From Candidatus Bathyarchaeota archaeon (GTDB taxonomy: Archaea > Thermoproteota > Bathyarchaeia > Bathyarchaeales > Bathycorpusculaceae), in contig OY970176.1 of NCBI GenBank assembly GCA_963707955.1, positions 1,312,001 through 1,376,000 of the forward strand: 64,000 nt of DNA, read 5' to 3'. Position numbers and translations under genes: made by a program. Below the pieces are notes generated by a model. It searched no databases and was not told the origin of the DNA. It saw only the letters and a list, made by a program, of their open reading frames with translations. Shown here in pieces: positions 50,747-60,909 of this stretch (position 1 is the stretch's first letter; each line of letters starts with the position of its first letter).

Positions 50747-51814
50747 TTGGATTCAAGAATTCAGCATCTCGTCGAGGTTAGCAAGCAGGTGATCTCGGAT
50801 TGTGCATTGGAAAACGGGGCTATCGTCGCGGCGAATGGGTTCAAGGAATACTTTCCGAAAGAAGCTAAAGATTACATGTACGTGTGGCCCAGAGACGCAT
50901 CGTTTGCATGTGTGAGCGCGGATATTCTGCAGATGGAGAAGATACAGGAGCGTTTCTTTGACTGGTGTATCCACCGGGCAGAAGGCTTCATGGAAGGGGG
51001 CTGTCTCTGTCAGAACTATTCTGTTAACGGTCCTAAAGCCTCAGCGAATTTTCAGCCCGACCAAACTGGTTCTCTCTTGTGGGCGATTTGGCACCACTTT
51101 AAGGGAAAACCGAAAAGAGCCTTGAAATACGAGATGCTTGTCAAACAGGCAGCTAATGGCCTGTGCAATAAGTGGAAAGAAAATCACTTCGATGATACTA
51201 CAAACGACTTGTGGGAGGAGAGGTTCACCTTCCCCGATTTAGAGGATAATTTCACTTATTCACTTGCTGCATGCATCAAAGGCTTGAGGTGCGCAAACGA
51301 AATCGTTCCGAACAAGAAGTGGATGACCACTGCGGACAGCATGTTTCAAAGACTGAAAGAACACTACAGAAACTTCTTTATTAGAAGCTATGGAAGACTG
51401 AGCGATGAAAGAATCGACGCCTCAGCGCTTGGGCTCGTGTTTCCGTTTGACATTTTTCGGGCAGATGATCCGCGGATACTTGCCACAGTCGAACAAATTG
51501 AAAAGAAGCTGGTTCTTCGCGGCGGAATACACAGGTACGAAAGCGATGAATACGACGGGTGGATGTGCGGAGGCCTGCATCGAAGGAAAGGCGCAGGCGC
51601 TTGGCCGATCCTCAACTTCTGGATGAGCATATACTACGCGAAACTTGGCAACGGCGAAAAGGCTCTTCAATACTACAACTGGCCGCTTGAAAGAACTCGA
51701 GAATTTCTTCCTGAACAAATATTCGAGAACGATCTTCAAGTTTCAGTGAGACCGTTATGCTGGAGCCACGCGATGTTCATCATCGCTTCAAAAGAACTCG
51801 GTTACATACAGTGA
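50747..51814 (+). CDS. GH15 glucoamylase-like hydrolase
   Basis: YVWPRDA, DLWEE, IDAS, GIHRYESDEY, LPEQ, PLCWSHA. Confidence 0.88.
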   Translation: MDSRIQHLVEVSKQVISDCALENGAIVAANGFKEYFPKEAKDYMYVWPRDASFACVSADILQMEKIQERFFDWCIHRAEGFMEGGCLCQNYSVNGPKASANFQPDQTGSLLWAIWHHFKGKPKRALKYEMLVKQAANGLCNKWKENHFDDTTNDLWEERFTFPDLEDNFTYSLAACIKGLRCANEIVPNKKWMTTADSMFQRLKEHYRNFFIRSYGRLSDERIDASALGLVFPFDIFRADDPRILATVEQIEKKLVLRGGIHRYESDEYDGWMCGGLHRRKGAGAWPILNFWMSIYYAKLGNGEKALQYYNWPLERTREFLPEQIFENDLQVSVRPLCWSHAMFIIASKELGYIQ

Positions 51815-51881
51815 CCTGATCAAGACCGCAAAGTTTAAGCAAATTCTGCGCATTCTGTCGTATTCGACTTGGTGTTGAAGA

Positions 51882-53415
51882 TTGGTCGACGTGCTCCTCA
51901 TTTTCAAAGTCCATCAACCTTACAGGCTTAGAGAGAGTTTCTTCTGGGAAAGAAATATGTTCAAAAGAAAAACCAAGGAGGAACTCTTTGATTTCTACTT
52001 CGACAGCGCAAAGAACAAGGAAATTTTCGACCGCGCCGCCAGAAAATGCTATTTTCCAGCAAACGGCATCCTGTTTGACCTGATCGACAGGTTCAAAAAA
52101 CAAAAAAAGAAGGTCAAAGTCTCATTCAGTATCTCAGGCGTCTTCCTTGAACAATGCGAAAGTTTCAACTCTGACCTTCTAGAATCATTCAAACAGCTTA
52201 GCGAGACAGGCTGCGTCGAATTCCTGGACCAGCCATACTATCACTCCTTAGCAGGATTGTACCCGGAGAGAGATGAGTTCACAGAACAAGTCCAGATGCA
52301 TCGACAACTAATGAAGGACTTGTTCCATTCTGAACCCGTCGCCCTTGAGAACACAGAGATGATCTACAACAACGCCATCGCAAGAGTCGTGGACAAAATG
52401 GGTTACGGCGCCATGTTCACTGAGGGAGTTGATAGGATCCTAAAGGGAAGGTCGCCGAACTATGTTTACATGGCCAAAGGTCTGCGAGAGACTCAGGGTT
52501 CTCCTCAGAAACTTCAAACTCACAGACGATGTTGCATTCCGGTTTTCAGTAAGAACGTGGAGCGACTGGCCACTCACAGCTGACAAGTACGCAGACTGGC
52601 TGGCAGCGACTCAGGGACAATGCATCACCATTTTTCCAGATTATGAAACTTTCGGAGAACACCACTGGCCCGAAACCGGCATACACGACTTTCTCAAAAA
52701 TCTGCCTCTGGAAATTTTAAAGCATGAAAACCTCTCTATGTCAACCCCCTCTGAAGCGCTGAGTAAATACGGAGCCACCGGAGAGATTGACGTTGAGGAA
52801 CTCGGCGACACCGTCTCCTGGGCTGACATCAACAGAGACACGAGCGGCTGGCTGGGAAACACAATGCAATGGGCGTATTACACGACGAGCAAGGAACTGG
52901 AACCGCTCGTTAAGGAATCAAACGACAGCGAATTCCTCAGATTGTGGCGATATTTTCTGACGAGCGACCATCTTTACTACATGTTCTCCGCTGGAGGGGC
53001 ACCCGGCGAGGTACACACGTACTTCAGCCCTTACAAATCGGCGGCAGATGCCTTCGTCACTGCGCAGGGAGCCCTGCTCGACTTCGAATCAAAACTGAGG
53101 GATTATTTGGACGCTGCAAATGAACCATTCCTGTTTTACACAGGAATGGGAGAAGAGAATTTCACAGGCATCAAAGCATGGAGTCTATTAGGCTTTCTCC
53201 AGGCGATACAAAGAATCGACACGGCGCTCATCGAGTTTCACAACCGAAAAGGAGATTTTGAAAAGTGGGCAATCGCGTCACTGCGGGACGAGAAAATGGG
53301 CAAGAAACTGGAGCAGATTCGAACCTCAAAGGTGCAAGGCGAAGAACTCCGTAGAAACTTGATAGCCACGATACAATCACGGTTGACTGAACTCAAGAAG
53401 CCCGTTTTTCGTTGA
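51882..53415 (+). CDS. GH57 alpha-amylase with C-terminal DUF5752-like domain (+1 frameshift at 52481)
   Basis: VHQP, YYHSL, NTE, DYETFGEH, TSDH; tail FLFYTG...EFH..KGDF.KW. Confidence 0.85.
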
Positions 53416-53432
53416 AAAATGAACGTTCGAGC

Positions 53433-54907
53433 CTAGGAAAAAGCCGAACACACCTTGACGATACCGAGTTTCGTGAGGAAATATCGGAGTCGCCGCAGAT
53501 CGTCTCTGTAGCCCGCTACGTAGCCAGAGTCCAAGACTTCTGAAGCAGACCGTGCAACCTAGCGACGCTCATTCCCAATAGCTCGGCTAACTCTGCTGGC
53601 CGTTTGGCGTTCTCCCTGTCGACGACCCCGAGAATGTGCATCAACAGAAGAACCCTCAAGTCCTCAGGAAACTCTTCAGACATGAGGAACGGAAACCTAA
53701 AATGAATGGTACCGTTCCGGGGCGCCGCTATTAACGCAAGATCATAGACCTTCATCGTCTTTTCAGCGATCTTATCCCAATCATAGTCCCTAAGCACTTT
53801 TCGATACCCGTCCTCTCGAATCTTTTTAGCTACATCAGAGTTCTTGAGCACCCTTAGAATTCCCCAAGCCAGCGAATCGGAGTTGTCAACGTAGACCTTG
53901 ATGCCCGTTTTTTCATGCTGCACTATTTCGCCTAATCCTCCTGTGTCGGTAACTATGACTGGCGTTCTTGCGGCCATCGCTTCCAAGGCTGTGATGCCAA
54001 ACGGTTCGTAAAGAGATGGAAAGACAGCAGCGTCACTTGCCCTGTAGATCGAAATCAGCGTTTCTTCGTTAACAAACCCTGCGAAAAAGACGTGGCTAGC
54101 CACGCCGAAATCCCATGCTTCCTTCACTAGATAATCTTTCATTCCGCCTTCTCCGACGATCACGAAGTTCACGTTCGGCATCACAGCCAAGACTTTGGGT
54201 ACTGCGCCGATGAGGACGTGCACGCCTTTCTCGTGGACGAGTCGTCCGACGAAGCACACTATTTTTTCCCCATTCTTCGCATACAGACGCTTAATGGGCA
54301 GAGTGTTGACTCTACCGTCAAACTTGGCTACGTTTACACCATTCGGAATTACGTGAAGCCTCTTACTATGCACGTTGAATGAGGAGGAGATTTGGTCAGC
54401 CATGTAATTGCTGCAGCAGATCACTTCCCAGCTTTGACTAATTAGGTGCCGTTCAACCTCGTCTATGGTCCTTTGGTAATCATTGTGGATTCCGCCTCTT
54501 CTTCCCATCTCAGTCGCGTGGATCGTTGAAACCAACGGTTTTGAGAAGGCGTCTCGAAGCTTCACGGCCGCTTCCGTGACCAGCCAGTCGTGAGCATGAA
54601 TGATGTCTACCTCCGCGTTGGCGTCGTTGATCACGTCGATGGCCCTTTCAGCCATGGCCTGATTCATCGAAAAAACCCATCCTAGGAAGCTTGTAGAGGG
54701 AATCTTCGAGTTAAAACGATGCACCTTAACCCGGCCGATTTGCTCATCTTCAGGTGCTCCTGGAAAGGAACAAGTCACCACGTGAACAGTCACGTTTTTG
54801 CGCGCAAGCGCCATGGAAAGTTCATAGACGTGCGAGGAGATTCCGCCTATGATTCTAGGAGGAAACTCCCAGCTCAACATGAGAACAGTGAATCCGCCGG
54901 CGGCCAT
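53433..54907 (-). CDS. GT4 glycosyltransferase with C-terminal wHTH (-1 frameshift at ~53536)
   Basis: WEFPPRIIGG, EPFGITALE; restored tail LLDSGYVAGYRDDLRRLRYFLTKLGIVKVCSAFS. Confidence 0.85.
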
Positions 54908-54996
54908 GAACTATCACATCAAGATACGCTAACATGTATTTAGGGTCTATTGCACAAAAGTTATTTGGTCATTTATCTTCTTGAAAGAAGCAGAGA

Positions 54997-55260
54997 ATGA
55001 TAATGTTGAACGAGTATGATCTTCCCCTGTCAGAACGGCTCCTGATCACCCTGCACAACCTCTGTGCCACCAACGGCGACATGGCTAGAAAGAGCGACGA
55101 GCTAGTTCAGATTCTTCAAGCCGGCACGGACGAAGTCAACCAGAACCTAAACAGGCATATCTCTGACGGATACGTCGCCGCTTTCACGGATAATGAAGGA
55201 AACAGAAGATTCTACTTGACAAACACTGGGATAATAAGAGTCTGCTCACTTTTCAGCTAA
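54997..55260 (+). CDS. Stand-alone wHTH protein homologous to the GT4 C-terminal domain
   Basis: GYVAAF.D...RRFYLT..GIIRVCSLFS. Confidence 0.75.
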   Translation: MIMLNEYDLPLSERLLITLHNLCATNGDMARKSDELVQILQAGTDEVNQNLNRHISDGYVAAFTDNEGNRRFYLTNTGIIRVCSLFS

Positions 55261-55274
55261 GGAAGTCAACAGTT

Positions 55275-55898
55275 TTGCGTGTGATAATCTTCACGTGGGA
55301 ATTTCCGCCTAGAATCGTCGGTCCGCTCGCGTATTACGTGAACAAGCTCGCAGTCGAATTGGCAAAGAAAAGCGTTGACACGTACGTGGTTACGTATAAC
55401 AGCTCTTGGGTTGGCTTTCACGCAGGCGCAGACGGCATAAAAGCCTACAGAATCTCAGACACGGTGAGACCTCAGATAAACGTCCTGACGTGGATGCTTA
55501 GCCTCAACCAGGAAGCTGAACGGGTCGCCTCAGACATCTACTACTCGATGAAACACGAAGTAAACCTGATAGACGTGCACGACTGGCACTTCGTACCAGC
55601 CGCGGTCACTTTGAAAAGGGCGCTGGGAATTCCTTTTGTTTTTTCAGTGGACAGCATTGAACCTCACAGGTCTCGAAACAGCAACGCGCCCTTAAGCTTG
55701 TCTATAACAAGCATCGAGTCGCTAGGAGTTTCCGAAGCCACGAAGATCATAGTCAAATCACAATGGATGAAGCAGGAACTGAAACACTATTACAATGCGC
55801 CAGACGACGTGACAGAGCTCGTCTTGCCTGAGTCTGAGGCATGGATAGAAGGAATCCTTGCGATTTATGAAAAGGGTCTGAGGGTGCTTGCCAGCTGA
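55275..55898 (+). CDS. GT4 N-terminal-domain-only protein
   Basis: WEFPPRIVGP and HDW present; GR/K/EPFG donor domain absent. Confidence 0.8.
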   Translation: MRVIIFTWEFPPRIVGPLAYYVNKLAVELAKKSVDTYVVTYNSSWVGFHAGADGIKAYRISDTVRPQINVLTWMLSLNQEAERVASDIYYSMKHEVNLIDVHDWHFVPAAVTLKRALGIPFVFSVDSIEPHRSRNSNAPLSLSITSIESLGVSEATKIIVKSQWMKQELKHYYNAPDDVTELVLPESEAWIEGILAIYEKGLRVLAS

Positions 55899-57103
55899 GC
55901 AGGCAACTTCGAGTTGTGATGCTTTCATGGGAATTTCCCCCGAGGACGGTAGGTGGGATTGCAGCCCATTTGTACTATTTATCTCGAGAACTCGTGAAGT
56001 TGGGTGTGGACACTTACATCGTGACATGTGATTTTCCTGGAGCGCCAGAACGTGAGGTGGTGAATGGCGCACATGTGGTGAGAGTAGATTCGTACAAGAC
56101 TCCTTCTCCAGACTTTGCGACTTGGGATTCTCTGATGAACGTGAACATGCAGAAGGAAACCGCGACTCTAATCAGCGATCTCGGTCGCCAAGTTGACATC
56201 ATTCACGCTCATGATTGGCTAGTGGCGAACGCGGCCTTGGGCCTCAAGCAGATCTTCCGAATCCCACTAGTAGCAACGATACATTCGACAGAAATCGGCA
56301 GGAGAAACGGGCTTCACACAGACTACGAAAGGATGATCCATCAAACCGAAAACTGGCTCGCTCACGAATCTTGGCGGATCATATGCTGCAGTCAATACAT
56401 GGCACAACATGTCATGTGGGCCTACGGGCTTCCGCAAGACAGGGTGATGGTTATTCCAAACGGAGTCGACGCCAGCGTGTACGAAAAGGAGTTTGACAGA
56501 ACCGAGTTCAGAAAAAGATTCGCCTTTCCAGAAGAGAAGATCGTGCTTTATGTCGGTCGGCTAGTATATGAAAAAGGCGTGCAGACTCTAGTCAGTGCTA
56601 TCCCGAAGATCCTGTCGAGAGTGAACGCAAAATTCGTAGTTGTCGGTGACGGAGGCATGAAGGACCACCTGATGCGGCAAGTAGCAAACATGCGTCTTAC
56701 GCACAGGATCATGTTCACAGGTTTTCTGGATGAAGAGAGCCTCAGAAAGCTGTATCAAATCGCTGACGTCTGCGTCGTGCCGTCTCTCTATGAACCGTTT
56801 GGCATCACAACCTTGGAAGCGATGGCCGCAAAGACGCCGTTGGTCGTCTCGAACACGGGAGGTCTCTCAGAAATTGTTGAGCATGATAAGACAGGAACAA
56901 AAGTCTATGCGGGCAACGCAGATTCGGTCGCTTGGGGAATAATAAGAATTTTACTTGATCCCGGATACGCAGACTGGATCAAACTCAACGCCTATAAGAA
57001 GGCCTTAGAAGTCTACGACTGGACCAGGATAGCAAAGGAAACGAAGGAATTCTACGAGCGGGTACTCAAAGAATACGATAGCGGCTCTTGGAAACCTACA
57101 TGA
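55895..57103 (+). CDS. GT4 glycosyltransferase (glycogen synthase-like)
   Basis: WEFPPRTVGG, EPFG; probable CTG start overlapping the upstream TGA. Confidence 0.88.
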   Translation: MSRQLRVVMLSWEFPPRTVGGIAAHLYYLSRELVKLGVDTYIVTCDFPGAPEREVVNGAHVVRVDSYKTPSPDFATWDSLMNVNMQKETATLISDLGRQVDIIHAHDWLVANAALGLKQIFRIPLVATIHSTEIGRRNGLHTDYERMIHQTENWLAHESWRIICCSQYMAQHVMWAYGLPQDRVMVIPNGVDASVYEKEFDRTEFRKRFAFPEEKIVLYVGRLVYEKGVQTLVSAIPKILSRVNAKFVVVGDGGMKDHLMRQVANMRLTHRIMFTGFLDEESLRKLYQIADVCVVPSLYEPFGITTLEAMAAKTPLVVSNTGGLSEIVEHDKTGTKVYAGNADSVAWGIIRILLDPGYADWIKLNAYKKALEVYDWTRIAKETKEFYERVLKEYDSGSWKPT

Positions 57104-58340
57104 TTCCGCAGAGCCTTTGGGCTTCATTGATTCTTTCCCTGGCTTTGAGAGAGCAGACGACTGACCGATCAAGCCAGTCTTTACTGCCCCACCAGAAGTC
57201 ATCGCTTGCTTCTGCCATGAGAAGCCAACGCCAAGCCTGGTCTAGCGCACTCTTTGCATCTGAAGAGCAGTTCATTCTTGCGCCTGCCATCTTTTCTTCA
57301 GCTTCACGGACATACCTGCTGGCCTCCAGAACACGCGCCCAAGTCCTCTGCCTCTCTTCGCCTCCGGTCCATTTCAGAAACCTGCCATCATCAAACGTGT
57401 CTGGAACATTCCAGCTTCCATCCTCAACCATCACCGTGTCCTTCGGCGGATGTTCAGCAAGGTACTCGCTTATGGTTGTCAATCTGATGAACTGAAAGTC
57501 AGGATCCTTCTTTAGAAGATAGAGAAGAGGCTCGAAAAACCATCCCCAAAAGCCTGCATTCTCTCCAGAGTGGCGGAACCACCCGTTTTCACCGTCAGTA
57601 GCTACGGTCAGCAGAAACTCCCCGTCGTTGTTTGGCACGATTTCTCTTTCAATTTCGTGTCTGAGCCAAACGGGGTTGTAGCCGCTCTGCTGCGCGATGC
57701 TGATCATTCTGTCGCGGGGGATCACAATTATGCGCTGTCCATCATACTCCGCAAAATGAGGCTTGTACAAGAGCTGAAACAAGTTCTCATTCTTGTTGGC
57801 GTTGACTATGTGAGGGCCATCGACTATCGTCCATTTTATGCCATTCTTTGCAAGCGCTGGAATCACCTTTGGGCTGAAGGCAAGCTCCGGCAGCCAAAAC
57901 CCCTCAGGTCTTGCTCCGAAAGTCTGCTCAAAGAGGCTCAAATGCGCCTCGATCTGCCTCAGCTGGTCATCCTCAGGTATAAGCGGAAATATGGGATGAA
58001 AATACCCGCAACCAGTGAATTCTGAGTTTCCGAGCCGCTTCGTCTCCTTGTACCTATCCCATATTCCGTTCAACCTTTGATCGAAACCAACACTTGCCAA
58101 CTCATTAATCTGCTCAATCAAACTGCCTGTAAAGTTCAGAGTAACCCTTGCGTTCTCATCCTTCTTGAGTGCCTCTGAAGGGTACGTGTAAGGGTGAAGC
58201 GTTTGGCCAAAAACGTCGCGAGCCAATTCTGACTCATACGTTGGGCCATTCAAGTTGTAACGTGGCTGATGCATGTGCAAGACCAGAGCAAAATACAAAG
58301 GTTGCCTATCCATTCTGCCATCGCCCAGATTCACTTGCAT
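57096..58340 (-). CDS. GH57 glycoside hydrolase
   Basis: HMHQP, GFWLPE, TDGEN, AEASD. Confidence 0.88.
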   Translation of the reverse strand: MQVNLGDGRMDRQPLYFALVLHMHQPRYNLNGPTYESELARDVFGQTLHPYTYPSEALKKDENARVTLNFTGSLIEQINELASVGFDQRLNGIWDRYKETKRLGNSEFTGCGYFHPIFPLIPEDDQLRQIEAHLSLFEQTFGARPEGFWLPELAFSPKVIPALAKNGIKWTIVDGPHIVNANKNENLFQLLYKPHFAEYDGQRIIVIPRDRMISIAQQSGYNPVWLRHEIEREIVPNNDGEFLLTVATDGENGWFRHSGENAGFWGWFFEPLLYLLKKDPDFQFIRLTTISEYLAEHPPKDTVMVEDGSWNVPDTFDDGRFLKWTGGEERQRTWARVLEASRYVREAEEKMAGARMNCSSDAKSALDQAWRWLLMAEASDDFWWGSKDWLDRSVVCSLKARERINEAQRLCGIM

Positions 58341-58370
58341 CTCGAAAGATAAAGTTATTATGGTGAATGC

Positions 58371-58961
58371 TTGCTATCTGAACTGAAGGTACCCTCTGTG
58401 CCCGAATTCTCACAAGACGAGATTACCGTTTTAAAAAAGATAGACCCCTTAGGAAAAGCGACACCTGAAAGCTTAGCTCGCATATTAGGCGAACCCTACA
58501 CCGTTCAGCATCTTTCCGCCTACTTGAAATCGTTGGAAGAGAAAACGCTTCTGAGAAGGACACAAGAAAATCGGTCAGTTTACGAATTAACCCCGCTCGG
58601 ACTCATAGCTATAGGAGCGCTACCTGAAAGCGCGAAGAAAATCTATTCACCATTGCCCCGTGAAAAATGCTTCTACTTCTACACCGGCGTCGGACCTGAC
58701 AAGTTCACGAAAATGTCGGCCTGTAGCCTCTTTGACTTCAAGGAAAAAACAAGAAAAGTCGACTCAAGATCGCTGGAATTTCACCTCCAGAGAGGCGACA
58801 TAGCAAAATGGTTCAATGAAGTCGTCGGCGAAGCAGAGCTGGCCAAAGAGTTTGACCGTTTGAAAACAGCAAACCTCTACGGCGAAGTGCTCAGGACCCG
58901 CATAACAAGGCTGATAGACGCCCGCATCGAAACACTGACTTACAGCAGAACCCGCGTCTGA
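58371..58961 (+). CDS. wHTH + DUF5752-like domain protein
   Basis: wHTH ending YELTPLG; FYFYTG...SL.DF...SLEFHLQRGDIAKW. Confidence 0.72.
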   Translation: MLSELKVPSVPEFSQDEITVLKKIDPLGKATPESLARILGEPYTVQHLSAYLKSLEEKTLLRRTQENRSVYELTPLGLIAIGALPESAKKIYSPLPREKCFYFYTGVGPDKFTKMSACSLFDFKEKTRKVDSRSLEFHLQRGDIAKWFNEVVGEAELAKEFDRLKTANLYGEVLRTRITRLIDARIETLTYSRTRV

Positions 58962-58976
58962 TCCTCAAGTCTATCG

Positions 58977-59621
58977 ATGCCAGTGGGCTCTCCGATGCAC
59001 ATTCTGCTGCTCAGCTGGGAATATCCACCTAAGCGCCTAGGGAACATCGCTGACCACGTGAGCACCCTAGCCCATGAACTTGTCAAACGAGGACATGACA
59101 TCGAACTCGTAGTTCTGGACGATCTGAAGCAAGGGTTCGAAGACGTTGCTGGTGTCCACGTCCACAGGGTCGCCAACCCCATCAGAACTCACCCTATGGC
59201 AAGCATCCTCAGTTATTCCGTCACCGCCTCGCTGCAGATGGAAGCCGAATCCTCAAACATTATCTACTTCTATAAACAACAAGGGAAGAACATCGATTTG
59301 ATACACGCCCACGAGTGGCTCACGACATACCCAGCCATCGTTCTCAAACACGCCTTCCACACGCCTTTTGTGGTGACCTTTCACTCGATCGAGGGGCATC
59401 GCTGCCATGACAATTTCAACGCTACCAGCCTAGGGATCAAAGAAATCGAAGACATGAGCATATGGGAATCCAACTCTGTGATCACAAACACGGACTGGCT
59501 GAAAAAAGAGATCTTGAGATATTATGGCAAAGGCCACGATGAGAAAATAAAAGTGATCTGGCCTATTGGCTCAAACTGGGTTGACGAAATCGTTTCTGCG
59601 TACAGTATGGCTGCGCCATGA
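58977..59621 (+). CDS. GT4 N-terminal-domain-only protein
   Basis: WEYPPKRLGN, HAHEW, HSIE; donor domain absent. Confidence 0.8.
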   Translation: MPVGSPMHILLLSWEYPPKRLGNIADHVSTLAHELVKRGHDIELVVLDDLKQGFEDVAGVHVHRVANPIRTHPMASILSYSVTASLQMEAESSNIIYFYKQQGKNIDLIHAHEWLTTYPAIVLKHAFHTPFVVTFHSIEGHRCHDNFNATSLGIKEIEDMSIWESNSVITNTDWLKKEILRYYGKGHDEKIKVIWPIGSNWVDEIVSAYSMAAP

Positions 59622-60827
59622 GTGATGCGGATGCGGGTTCTTCACCTGTCATGGGAATTTCCTCCTAGAATAATAGGAGGCGTAGCCTCACACGTCTTTG
59701 ATCTTTCCAGAGCCCTTGCTAGGAGGGGCTTAGAGGTACACGTTTTGACGTGCAACTTTCCAGGCGCGAAGAGGTTCGAGAACATTGACGGAGTCAACGT
59801 CAACAGATTTGAAGCCTACGCCACGGCAGACTCCTTCTTAGCATGGAGTCTTCGAATGCAGAAGAACATGGAGATCAGCGGCAGCGACCTGATCAGCCGA
59901 AGTGGAGCCTTCGACGTTATCCATGCGCATGATTGGCTTTCCGGCGTCGCCGGCATCGGACTAAAACACCTATACAGAAAACCTCTGATCACAACGATGC
60001 ACAGCACGGAATATGGCAGAAGAACAGGGATCCACAATGACCTTCAAGCGGCGATCCATGAAATTGAGGGCTGGATCGTAGGTGAATCTTGGCGAGTGAT
60101 CACCTGTTCATACTACATGCGCAACCACGTCGCCTGGTGTTTCCACACGTCTGAAAACAGAATAAACGTTATACCTAACGGCGTCGACATCACAAAATTC
60201 AGCTTCAACTTCAACTACTGGGAAGTCAGGAATCGATTCGCACACGAATCTGAAAGAATCCTGCTGTTCGTAGGGAGGTTCGTCCCTGAGAAGGGCTTAG
60301 ACACGCTCATCGAAGCGCTACCCATCGTCCTTGCAAACGGCTTAAATGTCAAACTAATCGTGGTCGGCGAAGGGCCCCAAAAAGAGGCCTATCAGGGAAT
60401 GGTTAACGATTACGACCTGCGCCAGAAAGTATTCTTCGCAGGGCACATTGACGATTGGACACTAAGAACCCTTTACCGGGTGGCAGACGTGACCGTGGTC
60501 CCCTCGAAATTTGAGCCTTTTGGTATAGTGGCACTGGAAGCAATGGCCGCCCATTGTCCATTAGTGACGACGACCACGGGCGGGCTGAACGAAATTGTGG
60601 ACGACGGCGGCACAGGCTTGAAAGTTCCAGTTGATGATCCCAACGCCTTAGCATGGGCAATCCTCAGGGTTGTGAGAGACGTCGGATTCAAAAACTACGT
60701 GGTAGAAAACGCCTATCGGAAGTGCTTATGGAACTACAACTGGGACAAAATCGCAGAATGGACAAACGGCGTCTACGATGCAGTTCTGAATGAGTACGCC
60801 AAAAGCACATGGAAACCATCTGGCTGA
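59622..60827 (+). CDS. GT4 glycosyltransferase (glycogen synthase-like)
   Basis: WEFPPRIIGG, HAHDW, GRF..EKG, EPFGIVALE. Confidence 0.88.
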   Translation: MMRMRVLHLSWEFPPRIIGGVASHVFDLSRALARRGLEVHVLTCNFPGAKRFENIDGVNVNRFEAYATADSFLAWSLRMQKNMEISGSDLISRSGAFDVIHAHDWLSGVAGIGLKHLYRKPLITTMHSTEYGRRTGIHNDLQAAIHEIEGWIVGESWRVITCSYYMRNHVAWCFHTSENRINVIPNGVDITKFSFNFNYWEVRNRFAHESERILLFVGRFVPEKGLDTLIEALPIVLANGLNVKLIVVGEGPQKEAYQGMVNDYDLRQKVFFAGHIDDWTLRTLYRVADVTVVPSKFEPFGIVALEAMAAHCPLVTTTTGGLNEIVDDGGTGLKVPVDDPNALAWAILRVVRDVGFKNYVVENAYRKCLWNYNWDKIAEWTNGVYDAVLNEYAKSTWKPSG

Positions 60828-60909
60828 ACAAACAACGCGCTGTTCCAGCAGACTCAGCATTCCTCTTTCCACTCACGCTATCTTTGCAATTTTGCCGCCA
60901 GCACCTCTT

